Positions 10,360 to 20,736 of a DNA stretch of 64,000 bases are shown in pieces. Source of the stretch: an uncultured virus (IMG/VR IMGVR_UViG_3300025280_000029) (lineage: Duplodnaviria; Heunggongvirae; Uroviricota; Caudoviricetes). Made by a program: the position numbers and the translations under genes. The stretch lies in the IMG/VR virus record IMGVR_UViG_3300025280_000029. One strand, written 5' to 3'. The first letter of the stretch is position 1. The number at the start of each line of letters is the position of its first letter. The notes below the pieces were generated by a model. That model did no database searches and had not been told where the DNA came from. It saw nothing but the letters and a program-made list of their open reading frames with translations.

Positions 10360-11232
10360 ATGTCCGTAAGAAACAATGAAGATCGCTTCGGCGCCCCGAA
10401 TCCTGACGCCGATCCCCCTTTAGAACTAACTGAAGAAGATTCAAACACCAGCTCTCTCAACTTTGTGGTACCCACAGAGTTTGTAAATCTCCCGAGCCAG
10501 GGCCAGTTCTACCCTACGAGCCACCCACTACATAATCAATCTGATGTCGAGATTAAGTTTATGACAGCCAAGGAAGAAGATGTTCTTACTTCTAAGAGCT
10601 TACTTCAAAAGGGCATAGCACTAGACAGAATGATTCAGAACATCTTAGTTAATAAGAAGATTCGTGTCGAAGACCTCCTTTCCGGCGACAAGAATGCAAT
10701 TTTAATTGCAGCAAGAGCATCTGGCTACGGCGCAGATTATGAGACAACAATTGCTTGCCCCTCTTGCTCATCAACAGAGAAGAAAACATACGACCTAGAA
10801 GACTGCACAACGACCAACGGTCTAGATGAAGAAACAACAACTCTTGGCGATGTCACTGTGACTGAAAGAGGAACATTCAATTGTACTCTTCCCAAGTCAG
10901 GGGTAACCTTAGAGCTTCGCCTGCTCACTGGCCGTGACGAGCACGATCTCATTCAACTATCAGAGCGCCGCAGAAAGAAGAAGCAGCAGGATCATATGAT
11001 TACTGATCAATTTAAGCAGATGGTTGTCTCTGTCAATGGACATAAAGAGCCATCTGTAGTTCAGGCATTCGTAGACACCATGACTTTAATGGACACAAGG
11101 CACCTACGAGAAGTTTATAACGAGATTACACCAAATATTACAATGGAAAGTGAGTACGTCTGTAGCGAATGTGGCTACGAAGACAACATCACGTTTCCCA
11201 TTACAACCGACTTTTTTTGGCCTCAACGATAA
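10360..11232 (+). CDS. Baseplate hub/tail assembly chaperone (gp26-like)
   Basis: LPSQGQFYP, MTAKEEDVL, two CxxC motifs and a C-terminal DFFW. Confidence 0.75.
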   Translation: MSVRNNEDRFGAPNPDADPPLELTEEDSNTSSLNFVVPTEFVNLPSQGQFYPTSHPLHNQSDVEIKFMTAKEEDVLTSKSLLQKGIALDRMIQNILVNKKIRVEDLLSGDKNAILIAARASGYGADYETTIACPSCSSTEKKTYDLEDCTTTNGLDEETTTLGDVTVTERGTFNCTLPKSGVTLELRLLTGRDEHDLIQLSERRRKKKQQDHMITDQFKQMVVSVNGHKEPSVVQAFVDTMTLMDTRHLREVYNEITPNITMESEYVCSECGYEDNITFPITTDFFWPQR

Positions 11233-11236
11233 CTAC

Positions 11237-11470
11237 ATGAAAGATGTTTATGAGCAATTCTTTGTTCTTAAATATCATGGTGGTTGGAGTTTTACAGAGG
11301 CATACAGTCTCCCAATCGGCCTCCGCGTGTGGTTTGTCGAAAGGTTAATAAAACAAAAGACAGACGAAGCAGAACAAATGGAATCTGCACAAGGTGGTAA
11401 GTCCAAGAGCCAGCAATTGGGCCCGGGCATGGGACCTCCGCCTTCTATAGCTAACAAATATGGGGCCTAG
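11237..11470 (+). CDS. gp51-like chaperone C-terminal part, probably produced as a frameshift extension of the upstream gene
   Basis: YEQFFVLKYHGGWSFTEAYSLPIGLRVWF; its frame overlaps the upstream gene across a T7 run at 11212-11218; no clear RBS. Confidence 0.65.
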   Translation: MKDVYEQFFVLKYHGGWSFTEAYSLPIGLRVWFVERLIKQKTDEAEQMESAQGGKSKSQQLGPGMGPPPSIANKYGA

Positions 11471-11500
11471 CTGTTTCTACTGCTGTTATTTCGTTCCCCT

Positions 11501-11510
11501 ACTATTTAAT
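11501..11510 (+). promoter_or_regulatory. Putative late promoter box (ACTATTTAAT)
   Basis: Exact repeat of the box at 6125. Confidence 0.7.
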
Positions 11511-11536
11511 ATAGACAACCAGGGTAAGTATATATT

Positions 11537-11860
11537 ATGGACAAGATAGCACCACTAGTCATCAATCTTAACACCGCGAATACAGATCAACTTAATGAAA
11601 GCTGGCTTACGATGTTCGGCGGAGCGGTAGAGACGATTCTATCCAGAATGTTCACGAACACTAGCATACCACTAACTGTTAAGGGCACCCCTGCGCAGGT
11701 GGCTTCTTTTGGCGACGCTCTGGGTAAAGAGAAAAGATACATGGAGGCCTTCAAGAAGTATGGCCTAAACGACCCCAGGACGTTTAACTCTCGACATAGC
11801 CTAGAGAAAGCAGTAGCCAATTTTGAGCGTGAAACTAGTCTGAAGTGGCCCTTCACCTAG
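11537..11860 (+). CDS. Hypothetical late protein
   Basis: 107-aa ORF behind a late box; LNE site near the N-terminus. Confidence 0.75.
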   Translation: MDKIAPLVINLNTANTDQLNESWLTMFGGAVETILSRMFTNTSIPLTVKGTPAQVASFGDALGKEKRYMEAFKKYGLNDPRTFNSRHSLEKAVANFERETSLKWPFT

Positions 11861-11870
11861 GCGATAACTC

Positions 11871-14162
11871 ATGGCAGACGAAACAGAGGAAGTATCACCA
11901 TGGGAGGCTCAAGCGAAGTCTACCGAGGGTGTAAAAGAGAGCTTAACTGAGATAGAAAAGCTAGCAAAGGTGTTCAAGGAGGCGACCTCCTCCACCGCCG
12001 ACGAACTAGCCCGCCAAGTAGAGTTTCTAAAACAGTCAAAAGACATAGCCGCCTCTACAGTTGGTTTAATCGAGAACAACTTGGCTCTTCGCAACAAGGA
12101 GTCCCAGCTGGCCAACACCCTGCTTCTGGATTTAGAAAGGGAGTTGACCCTAAAAGGCGAGATCAACGATGAAGATCGTAAAAGATTAGAGGATTTAAGA
12201 TCCGCAGTAAAAGCGATATCAGACCAAGAAAAAGCCTCAAAGAGTCTGAACGTAGCCACAGACAGACTAGTTAAGACCACCTTAGGCGTAAGCAATGCAT
12301 GGGAAGACACGGTACTAGGGTCGATCACCAAAGCCGAGGGAGGTATAAAGCAATTCGGGAAGGGCCTCCGCGCAGCTCTGAATCCGGCAGATATTGCTGG
12401 CTCAACCATGATGAAAGTGCAGGAGTCGACACTCGCTCTCATGTTCGCGCAAGATAAACTGGGTGCCCAGTTTATGAAAACTACTGGCCTAGGCCGCGAC
12501 TATGTATCAACGATCAATCAGGCCTATCTGGCAAATAGAAAGTTCGCAGTAAGTTTAGAGCAGAACACACAAGCCGCCACCGCTCTTGTAACACAGATGG
12601 CGCAGTTCACAATGATGACCGACACTGAGAGGCAGGAACTAACCGGCCTCACTTCTTTGATGGATCAGGCGGGAGTCAGTGCAGCTAGCACAGCAGAGGC
12701 TTTCAACTTACTAACAAAGGGGATGAAAATGAATGTCCCCCAGCTTAAAAAGACCTCCGAGGAATTATTTGGATTGGCTAAGTCACTTTCAATCCCGCCT
12801 GACATAATATTCAAAGACTTCAACGCAGCATCAGCTGAGTTGGCAAAATACGGCCCACAAATGATCGGTGTCTTTAGTGATCTAGAGAAGCAGGCAAAGA
12901 ACACCGGCCTTTCCGTACAAACACTGTTGGGCCTCGCGAAGCAGTTTGACACGTTTGAAGGCGCCGGCACTGCAGTTGGCAGATTGAACGCGCTATTGGG
13001 CGGGCCATACCTGAATTCTATTGACATGCTAAATATGTCCGAGGCCGAGAGGGTTAAAACCCTCCGCGAGAGTATCAGTCTTTCTGGCAAATCATGGTCT
13101 TCGATGCATAGATTTGAAAGGCAAGCAATTGCTAGCGCCGCCGGCATCAGTGATATGACCGTGGCAGCAAAACTCTTCGGAGGGACTAATGCAGATTTCC
13201 AGGCGTATAACGCAACTCAAAAAGATATAGAAGAGCAAGCAAAACGAAATGCAGACATAACAAAGAAGTGGTCAGAACTTATGATGTCTTTTGGCGTTAG
13301 TCTGCTGCCGGTAGTCCAGGGATTGCATGGCTTTGTTGATGGGATATTGAGTATTGCTAATGCCCTTGGCCCCCTCACTCCGATTCTCCTTTATTCTTTC
13401 GGCGTTATGACGCTCATGCGCAAGGCTGTCGTCGCCACCACCGCGGCTAAAAAAAGTCTCGCCACAATCCAGACCTTCCTCGCTGCTAGAACAGCTGCTG
13501 CCACCGCCACGACCGAGGTCGCGACAGCAGCCACGTACTCGATGACAGCCGCCACCGAGGTTGCGACAGCATCGACAACGCGACTTAACACAAGCTTGCT
13601 TGGAACTAGGGTCGCGCTGTTTGGCGTGTTGGGCATCCTCGCCGGCGCATATATGATTTTTGGAAAAACCAGCAGGGTTGTCAAGGTTCTTGGTGCTGCT
13701 TTAATTGGACTGACGGCTGCAATGATCGCATATAAAATTGCCAAGTCCGGTATTGCTGCCCCCATCGCCGCCGGCCTCATCGCTGGTGGCCTTGCGGCGA
13801 TCCCCGCTATGATGAGGAGTGTACCGAAGCGCCGCCGAGGTGTTGACGAAACAACTGATAGCCTATTCATCGCCGGCGATGGCCCGGGCACAAGGGATAA
13901 TAGAGAACTTGTCGCAACCGGCAACCAAAAAAGCTCTGTTATAACCAACGAAAACACAGAAGCTCTTCTTGGCGCCGGCGGAAAGGGCGGTGCGATAGGG
14001 GCGCTGACTACTCAAGTGGCCGCATTGACAGCAGCGATGCAATCTAGCACAAACAAGCCAAGCTCATCGCCGAACACAAAAACTTATCTTCAAGTTGATC
14101 AAGGTATTTTGGCCGAATTAGTGATGGATGTTGTAGATAAGAATGTGGGAGTGACAACATAA
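11871..14162 (+). CDS. Tape measure protein
   Basis: Long Ala/Leu-rich helical protein with hydrophobic segments, lying between the chaperone and baseplate genes. Confidence 0.8.
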   Translation: MADETEEVSPWEAQAKSTEGVKESLTEIEKLAKVFKEATSSTADELARQVEFLKQSKDIAASTVGLIENNLALRNKESQLANTLLLDLERELTLKGEINDEDRKRLEDLRSAVKAISDQEKASKSLNVATDRLVKTTLGVSNAWEDTVLGSITKAEGGIKQFGKGLRAALNPADIAGSTMMKVQESTLALMFAQDKLGAQFMKTTGLGRDYVSTINQAYLANRKFAVSLEQNTQAATALVTQMAQFTMMTDTERQELTGLTSLMDQAGVSAASTAEAFNLLTKGMKMNVPQLKKTSEELFGLAKSLSIPPDIIFKDFNAASAELAKYGPQMIGVFSDLEKQAKNTGLSVQTLLGLAKQFDTFEGAGTAVGRLNALLGGPYLNSIDMLNMSEAERVKTLRESISLSGKSWSSMHRFERQAIASAAGISDMTVAAKLFGGTNADFQAYNATQKDIEEQAKRNADITKKWSELMMSFGVSLLPVVQGLHGFVDGILSIANALGPLTPILLYSFGVMTLMRKAVVATTAAKKSLATIQTFLAARTAAATATTEVATAATYSMTAATEVATASTTRLNTSLLGTRVALFGVLGILAGAYMIFGKTSRVVKVLGAALIGLTAAMIAYKIAKSGIAAPIAAGLIAGGLAAIPAMMRSVPKRRRGVDETTDSLFIAGDGPGTRDNRELVATGNQKSSVITNENTEALLGAGGKGGAIGALTTQVAALTAAMQSSTNKPSSSPNTKTYLQVDQGILAELVMDVVDKNVGVTT

Positions 14163-14776
14163 TGACAATAAAAAAAGATGAAATAACAATTACTCATATA
14201 CCGACCAAGAAGTCCGTTGTACTGAAAGGTCTAGTGAAGACTTTCGAAGATAAGTTTTCTCCAAAATGGAATTCAGAGGAAGTATATGGCCGAATGGATC
14301 CGATAATGACATTCCAGTCGACTCCCAGAACAATCTCACTGACTATTGATATGGTTGGAGAAACAGAAAGCACTGCTAAAGAGAACTGGCGCTCTGCTCA
14401 AAAGCTGATTCAATTTATGTATCCCACTTACAACTCCACTGCCCCCGGCGCCGGCAGTATCTCTGCCGCTCCTCTGTTGAAAGTTAAATGGGGCCAGCAA
14501 ATATACGATCCAGTTAATAGTGGACCACTGGTGTGCGCATGTACAGATCTTTCTCTGGGAAACACACACGGCATTACAGAAAAGAATATAGGATACGGTT
14601 CCGGAGGGGATATCACCCCTCAGAGATTTGATATAACTCTAGCGCTGTCGGTGCTCCATGTTGATCATAAAGTTGGTTGGACTCCTCGCCATGGCGCAAA
14701 GATGGGCTTTGGGGGCGAAGGTGCTCCCAAAGGTAACATAGTCATAACAAGAAAAGTGATATTGGGCGGTAAATAA
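14162..14776 (+). CDS. Baseplate tail-tube initiator-like protein
   Basis: WNSEEVYGRMDPIMTFQSTPRTISL and YPTY...APLLKVKWG motifs after the tape measure gene. Confidence 0.6.
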   Translation: MTIKKDEITITHIPTKKSVVLKGLVKTFEDKFSPKWNSEEVYGRMDPIMTFQSTPRTISLTIDMVGETESTAKENWRSAQKLIQFMYPTYNSTAPGAGSISAAPLLKVKWGQQIYDPVNSGPLVCACTDLSLGNTHGITEKNIGYGSGGDITPQRFDITLALSVLHVDHKVGWTPRHGAKMGFGGEGAPKGNIVITRKVILGGK

Positions 14777-14778
14777 CG

Positions 14779-15117
14779 ATGTCGCAGAGATATAATAGCA
14801 GAAGAATCATTGTCAACAATGGCGAACTTTACGAAGAGCTTCTAGAGAACCGCGGCCTCAACAAAATTAATCATTTTGAGAGCCCTCGTCTTAAATACCC
14901 CACAGAAAAACAGATTCTAAATCTAGATATGACCTCTCATATTTGGACAGTTGGAGATAAGTTTTACAAACTCGCATATGCCAATTATGGAGATCCGAAA
15001 TATTGGTGGGTTATTGCGATGTTCAATCACACACCGACTGAGGCCCATGTCCAACCCGGCCAAGAAATTGTAATACCTCTCCCATTAGAGAAGATTTTGC
15101 ACTATTTCGGGACCTAG
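14779..15117 (+). CDS. LysM/tail-X (gp53-like) baseplate protein
   Basis: GDKFYKLAYANYGDPKYWWVIAMFN...GQEIVIP. Confidence 0.8.
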   Translation: MSQRYNSRRIIVNNGELYEELLENRGLNKINHFESPRLKYPTEKQILNLDMTSHIWTVGDKFYKLAYANYGDPKYWWVIAMFNHTPTEAHVQPGQEIVIPLPLEKILHYFGT

Positions 15118-15120
15118 CAG

Positions 15121-17976
15121 ATGACAGATTCTACATACGCCGACAATTTACAACAAACTGTCCTTAATGCAGATCCTAGCAGCATACCAGATGGCGCCAC
15201 GCTAGGAAGAAGTCTTGCGTTTAATGCCCAGTGTTTTTTGATCACCAACATACACAATATAAAAAAACACAACAGCTCTTTTATGAATCCCCAAGGCGAC
15301 GGCTGGAAGACTGCATATAAGAATATTACGACACTCAGCAGCGATGACACTTATCCTCCTGCAGAACTATTCTCTGCTTTACAGCACAGGGACGAGAACG
15401 AAGGCTTTTTAAATTTAACTCCGGATCAGATGGCCCTACTGGTACCGAAAATAAGAATATATAAAGTTGACTTTGATAATACGTCCGGAGACACACAGCC
15501 AGCCCAAAAGCAAGATCCGGTTGAGATAATATTCGATGATTATATACACTCGGAAGACTTGAAGACGATTACAATGACGGCCTCCGGACGATCCCGCGGC
15601 GTAGGGATCAAAAAATTTATCTGGAAGTTGGCCGGAACTCAGCCCGCCGAAGTAGATTACAACATCGAGGCTGAACTAGAGATTTTCTTTAGTTCTGTAA
15701 AAGATATATTCTCTTTAAAGAGCGGCCAGATCGTACGACAAGCTGGGATCGATGGAAAGGGGTCCTTTTTAGATTTGATCATACATTCCCCCGGCTCTAA
15801 GAAGCATCAACCAGTTAACAAGAGTATGGGCTGTTCAGAGAGAATATATGATGGAAATGCGTTCACCATCAAGGCAGTAGTTGGTTGGGCCGTACCAAAT
15901 GGAAGCTCTAGTTTGTTTACATCAACTGAGTTAGCTGCTGTGAGAGCAAATCAAACAGTAATGTACCTTCAGTTAACGAATCATAAGTTTGATTTCAAAC
16001 AAGACGGCACAGCGACGTTAGTTGCGAACTATAGAGCTAGGTATGCACTGGAGGACACAAGATACAACATCCTTAAGCCAGAAAACGCCGAAGATATAGA
16101 GAGATTAAGAAAATTAAAAACACAGCAGCAAAATCTCTCCGGTGACGGCGACACAGCCGTAAACCAGACAGATACCGCGCAGGACAACCAGCAGGCAGTA
16201 GACACGGAGATTGCGAAAGTCCTTTCAACGAGATATACTAGAATCAACAAGGCACTGCTAGATAAAGTTTATGTTGCATATGCTAGGCCAATAGATCTTA
16301 ATATCGTTGCAGCTCCGGGCTCCATAGCCGCCACTGCCGCGGCCGTTCAAGACGCCTTGCAGACCGGCGTCGCCGGCGGTTCAGCCATCGCCACCGGCCA
16401 AGCAGCACAGCGACTTCGGTCACAAGTAATTGGAGCTGCCGATGGCACCGGTCCAGCTGTGGACGACCTGACCACCGCGGCCACAGCTGCTCAAGATTTC
16501 GCCGGCTTCGGCCCTCAAGGCCCACAGAGCAGTTACCTAGCTGGCGCCCAGTCCGCCACCGCCGCCGCGCAAGCTGCCGCAGCCCAACGCACCGCCGTCC
16601 GCGCCTCCTCTGCCAAGTTTTATAAGACAGAACTCGACAGGGTTAAAAAAGCCATTGATGATTCGAAAGCTCCACCGGCCGACCCCGATGATGCTACCAC
16701 TCCGGCCGACCCCGACACGCGTGATACAAATCCAAACAATACCGCAGTTACCATTCGTGACGGCGAAGTCATGATACCAGTTAAGTTTGTCTTTCTTGGC
16801 GAGATATTAGATATATTAATTGGCATTGCCTGCCGCAACGAAATAAAAAACGCATCTGTTGGGTTCATCCTAGGGGATATGGAGTATGTGGACCCGCAAT
16901 CTTACATTAAACAATCAGAGCAATATACCAGCGGCCACCGAAAGTATGCTGAGAGGTACTTGTGTGGAATCCCAGCATCAGAGCGCGCCAAGATTTTAGA
17001 GAGAGTCAACATTGCTAACATCCCAATTGCCTTGGATAGATGGCAGGACTTTTTTATTGAAAAAGTCATTAAGCCCAAATTAGAAAACTACTTTCTTGAA
17101 AGCGCAATAAGAGATATTTTAAATGAGCTAATTAGGCCAGTTTTAGGAGAGGGTTGTGTCGATCTAGTGCCGCCTCTCGATACTAGTATAGGGTACACTG
17201 AATTTGTCGGCGACCAAAGGGGTTCAAAGCCATGGATCCCCCCGGGCTTCCGCCTGACTGTTTCGCGCTTAAAATCGATTACACCGGGCGCCGCAGGAGG
17301 TGTCAAGGCTCTCCCGCTTAGCCCCCTAGGCTTGCATACGACCTATAAATACCTGTATATGTCTTCCGTAGACCCGAGCTACATGCGCGGCGATCAGGCG
17401 AAAGATTTTAGCAGGGGCATATATCACTTTAATATCGGACAAAATGGCGGATTGGTGAAAAGGGTAACATTTGAAAGGATGGACCAGCCATACATGAGAG
17501 AGGCCCGCGTTCAACGTGTTGGTGCCCTAGGTGCAGAGCAGCTGAGAGAACTGTATAATGTTAACTTAGTGATGTATGGCCACAATTTACTTAAGCCCGG
17601 CCAATTTATATTTGTCAATCCAACTAGTGTGGGATTGGGGGGTTTTGGTACCGATTCTTTAACAAGGCTCTTGGGAATTGGAGGGTATCACCTAGTTACA
17701 GATATTAAGTCCACTCTCGGCCCAAACGGCTTCGAAACGAGAGTCAAAGCACTCCATCAAGCAATGCCATTTGATGGAGACGTAGAACCAGCCTCCTCTA
17801 GACAATCTTCCGCGACTCTTGACCAACTCTTGGGCCGCGCTCACCCCGGCATCCAGCCCGGAGACGGCAAATCATCCACTGTAGACGGTCACATCTTCGA
17901 CCGTGAAACAGAAGGCCAATTCAGCTCAATCGAGAACCCAGACAATTTTACGAAGGGGTGGGATAATGATGAATAA
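15121..17976 (+). CDS. Large baseplate hub-like structural protein
   Basis: 951 aa; C-terminal YNVNLVMYGHNLLKPGQFIFV and GGYHLVTDIKSTL...FETRVKA typical of hub proteins; synteny. Confidence 0.55.
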   Translation: MTDSTYADNLQQTVLNADPSSIPDGATLGRSLAFNAQCFLITNIHNIKKHNSSFMNPQGDGWKTAYKNITTLSSDDTYPPAELFSALQHRDENEGFLNLTPDQMALLVPKIRIYKVDFDNTSGDTQPAQKQDPVEIIFDDYIHSEDLKTITMTASGRSRGVGIKKFIWKLAGTQPAEVDYNIEAELEIFFSSVKDIFSLKSGQIVRQAGIDGKGSFLDLIIHSPGSKKHQPVNKSMGCSERIYDGNAFTIKAVVGWAVPNGSSSLFTSTELAAVRANQTVMYLQLTNHKFDFKQDGTATLVANYRARYALEDTRYNILKPENAEDIERLRKLKTQQQNLSGDGDTAVNQTDTAQDNQQAVDTEIAKVLSTRYTRINKALLDKVYVAYARPIDLNIVAAPGSIAATAAAVQDALQTGVAGGSAIATGQAAQRLRSQVIGAADGTGPAVDDLTTAATAAQDFAGFGPQGPQSSYLAGAQSATAAAQAAAAQRTAVRASSAKFYKTELDRVKKAIDDSKAPPADPDDATTPADPDTRDTNPNNTAVTIRDGEVMIPVKFVFLGEILDILIGIACRNEIKNASVGFILGDMEYVDPQSYIKQSEQYTSGHRKYAERYLCGIPASERAKILERVNIANIPIALDRWQDFFIEKVIKPKLENYFLESAIRDILNELIRPVLGEGCVDLVPPLDTSIGYTEFVGDQRGSKPWIPPGFRLTVSRLKSITPGAAGGVKALPLSPLGLHTTYKYLYMSSVDPSYMRGDQAKDFSRGIYHFNIGQNGGLVKRVTFERMDQPYMREARVQRVGALGAEQLRELYNVNLVMYGHNLLKPGQFIFVNPTSVGLGGFGTDSLTRLLGIGGYHLVTDIKSTLGPNGFETRVKALHQAMPFDGDVEPASSRQSSATLDQLLGRAHPGIQPGDGKSSTVDGHIFDRETEGQFSSIENPDNFTKGWDNDE

Positions 17977-17999
17977 TCTCTTAAGGACATAGTTATCGT

Positions 18000-19190
18000 A
18001 TGGCAATCAATCCCTTTTTATTAGATCAGTATTTAACTCCTGGCGGTAAGAACGACGGCAGTTCTTTAGCCAATTTTGAAAGACGCAAGTTTTACAAAGA
18101 GTTTCCCTATTTTGGCGATCTACCAAACCCCATGGATTCGTGGTATGACAAACTCTATTATGGGCGTGTCGACCGTACGCAAAATGGTATCGTTATATCA
18201 GACCAAGCCATGGCCGACCGCTTAGTACAAATAAAATCCACCAAGAACGTTTTCGTTTTAGACTTTGTTGCCGATGCTTTTGCGGACTTTCATCAGCATA
18301 TGCGCGCAGCATCAACTTCCGGCTATATCAATAATGCCGGCACAAGGTTTAATATTCTAGAGCCAGTCCGAGGGTGGAAAAACTATCAAACAGAGTTTTC
18401 CGACTCAAGACAGCATTTACGTTCAGCCGTACAGAGTTATTTCAGAAGAGAGAAAAGAGCGGATAGGGCAGTCACAGGTTTCAAGGCGTTTTTAAACGAA
18501 TTTATTAACTTCTTAGAACTCAGGCCCCTCATAGATCCAGTTACATTAAGTGGGTTTGTGGTTTCGAACTCCTCGCACCCCATGATGTCTGGATTGTCTA
18601 TAGAGTTGACTTCCGATGATCACGGTGACGACACACCAAAAGTTACAAAGTACATGTTAGATCCCAATTTCGACTATTATGTTCGCGCTGCTAGGAAATA
18701 CGGCTTTTACGTACATCGCAATGCTCCATGGAAGTTGACAGCAGACGTATTTTCAGATAAAATGCTCTCATACCTAGATGTGTATGGGGCAAACGAGAGT
18801 AATTTCTTCTCTCATTACTATGATAGGTCATACACTAAAGATATACAACATATGAAAGAAGATTTAGTCTCAATTTACAATAGCTATGTCACTGCCTTCC
18901 CGCTGATAAGGACAGAGAAGCCTCCATTCGGCCCGGGGAATGCCAGAGTATGCCAGAATACAACAATCGAGAACAAACTTAGAGAATCCATAACAATGAG
19001 CGCTGTGGATAGTATAGTCGGCGACGGCTATTGGCTCGATTTCTATTTTAGATTGCGGCTCCGAGAGAAAAACTTAGATTTTAACAATATTAACACAGAG
19101 ATCACAAATGCTCTGCAGATTAACAAAGTACAGGGCTTGGAAATAGCAACAAAGTACGTTAACGATCAAGTTAAGCCCTATTTGTATTAA
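18000..19190 (+). CDS. Hypothetical protein (end of structural module)
   Basis: 396-aa ORF; CATAGTTA late-like box at 17988. Confidence 0.8.
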   Translation: MAINPFLLDQYLTPGGKNDGSSLANFERRKFYKEFPYFGDLPNPMDSWYDKLYYGRVDRTQNGIVISDQAMADRLVQIKSTKNVFVLDFVADAFADFHQHMRAASTSGYINNAGTRFNILEPVRGWKNYQTEFSDSRQHLRSAVQSYFRREKRADRAVTGFKAFLNEFINFLELRPLIDPVTLSGFVVSNSSHPMMSGLSIELTSDDHGDDTPKVTKYMLDPNFDYYVRAARKYGFYVHRNAPWKLTADVFSDKMLSYLDVYGANESNFFSHYYDRSYTKDIQHMKEDLVSIYNSYVTAFPLIRTEKPPFGPGNARVCQNTTIENKLRESITMSAVDSIVGDGYWLDFYFRLRLREKNLDFNNINTEITNALQINKVQGLEIATKYVNDQVKPYLY

Positions 19191-19194
19191 AAGC

Positions 19195-19223
19195 TTGACA
19201 TTCGTGCCGGCACGGTTTATTAT
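19195..19223 (+). promoter_or_regulatory. sigma70-type promoter opening the replication module
   Basis: TTGACA-N17-TATTAT; perfect palindrome CGTGCCGGCACG in the spacer. Confidence 0.7.
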
Positions 19224-19246
19224 AAGGGTGAATCGAAAGGTCACGT

Positions 19247-20428
19247 GTGTTTTTTCAGCTTCTAGACTATAAAGAGCAATGCTTCGGGGTGTACTCCGAT
19301 GGGGTTATTTCACTAGACGCCATGCCGGAAGGTAAATCCGTTACTTGGGATTACTCGCCGGAACTAGCTGGCCAAGATATACAATATATGAAGCTATATT
19401 GCGGAAAGTCTCTGACTGAGATGTGTCCGGAGAAGATTAGAAACCAGTGGGACTCCGCAGTTCGCAAAATGAGGGCATTCGTCTCCTCTTTCTATGAGGC
19501 AAAGATTAATTTAGACGAAACTTGCTTTTATGACTTAATGCCAGAGCAGTTTTTACTTGAGTACTTTGATTTGAAAAATCAGATTACAGAGCACGTTTAC
19601 AGGACATACGATAAGCCAAAAAACTATGATTTTCTGTCCTCCTTACAGGGAGTACTTGCGAGTGTCAAGAAACAAAAAGTTAAAATCAACGGAAAAGCTT
19701 TGCGTCCATACCTGGGGACCCTACGAGCCCGGAATTTTATAAAAACACTCTCTAAGACAGAACCATGTTGCAAATACAATTTGTTTGGTACTGTCACTGG
19801 TCGCCTTTCGACGTTTCCTGGCAGCTTTCCGATATTGACCATGAATAAGGAATATCGAGCAGTTTTAGAGCCAACAAATGGATGTTATCTGGAGCTTGAT
19901 TACAACGCTGCAGAATTGAGGACGTTTTTGTCCTTAGCTGGCCATGATCAACCAGACAACGATATTCACGAATGGAACGTCCAGCAGCTGTATGATAATA
20001 AGGTCAGCCGTGAGGACGCAAAGCAGAAGATTTTTTCTTGGCTTTATTCGAATCACCTTGACATTAAAGCCGAGAAGGTTTATAATAAAACATCTGTAAA
20101 GGATAAGTATTGGAATGGAGAAGAGATAACAACGGTATTCGGTAGAACAATAGAGACTGACGAGCATCGCGCGCTTAACTATATTATTCAAAGTACGACT
20201 AGTGATTTAGTATTACGGCAAATGATTAAGCTTCATGAGTTCTTGCAAGATAAGAAGAGTTTTATCGCGTTTTGTATTCACGACTCGGTTGTTATTGATT
20301 TGGATTCTGATGAAAAAGAGCATATTGAAGAATTGATCGATATATTTTCAGATACCCGACTTGGCAACTTCAAAGCGAAGGCCAGCGTTGGATTGAATTT
20401 TGGAGACATGAGGGAACTTAACGTATGA
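19247..20428 (+). CDS. polA: Minimal family-A DNA polymerase (polymerase domain only)
   Basis: TVTGRLS, motif A LDYNAAELR, motif B REDAKQKIFSWLY, ALNYIIQS and motif C IHDSVV. Confidence 0.8.
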   Translation: MFFQLLDYKEQCFGVYSDGVISLDAMPEGKSVTWDYSPELAGQDIQYMKLYCGKSLTEMCPEKIRNQWDSAVRKMRAFVSSFYEAKINLDETCFYDLMPEQFLLEYFDLKNQITEHVYRTYDKPKNYDFLSSLQGVLASVKKQKVKINGKALRPYLGTLRARNFIKTLSKTEPCCKYNLFGTVTGRLSTFPGSFPILTMNKEYRAVLEPTNGCYLELDYNAAELRTFLSLAGHDQPDNDIHEWNVQQLYDNKVSREDAKQKIFSWLYSNHLDIKAEKVYNKTSVKDKYWNGEEITTVFGRTIETDEHRALNYIIQSTTSDLVLRQMIKLHEFLQDKKSFIAFCIHDSVVIDLDSDEKEHIEELIDIFSDTRLGNFKAKASVGLNFGDMRELNV

Positions 20429-20736
20429 AGAAAAAATTATACAGCAAACTAGTGAGAGACCGAATACCAGAGATTATTGAAGAAGATGGTAAGATGGTAG
20501 GGTTTCACGTTGCTACTGAGGAAGAGTATCAACAAGCTCTGCTCGACAAGTTGGTTGAAGAGGTACAAGAGTTTATTGCAGATCCCTGTCTTTCTGAAAT
20601 GGCAGATGTGTGTGAAGTTCTGGAGTTTATAAAGAAAGAATTCAAACTTCACAGTGCCGGCGCCGAACAGATTGCAAAACGAGTCTCCAGGGGATCATTC
20701 AAGAACGGATATATTTTGGATTGGGTTGAGGAATAA
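20425..20736 (+). CDS. MazG-like/phosphoribosyl-ATP pyrophosphohydrolase family NTP-PPase
   Basis: YSKLVRDRIPEII, KLVEEVQEF and EMADVCEV. Confidence 0.85.
   Translation: MKKKLYSKLVRDRIPEIIEEDGKMVGFHVATEEEYQQALLDKLVEEVQEFIADPCLSEMADVCEVLEFIKKEFKLHSAGAEQIAKRVSRGSFKNGYILDWVEE

Noticed and set aside
13500..13575. Short direct repeat (TEVATA twice) in the tape measure gene as a separate element
   Set aside because: Consistent with ordinary tape-measure helical repeats
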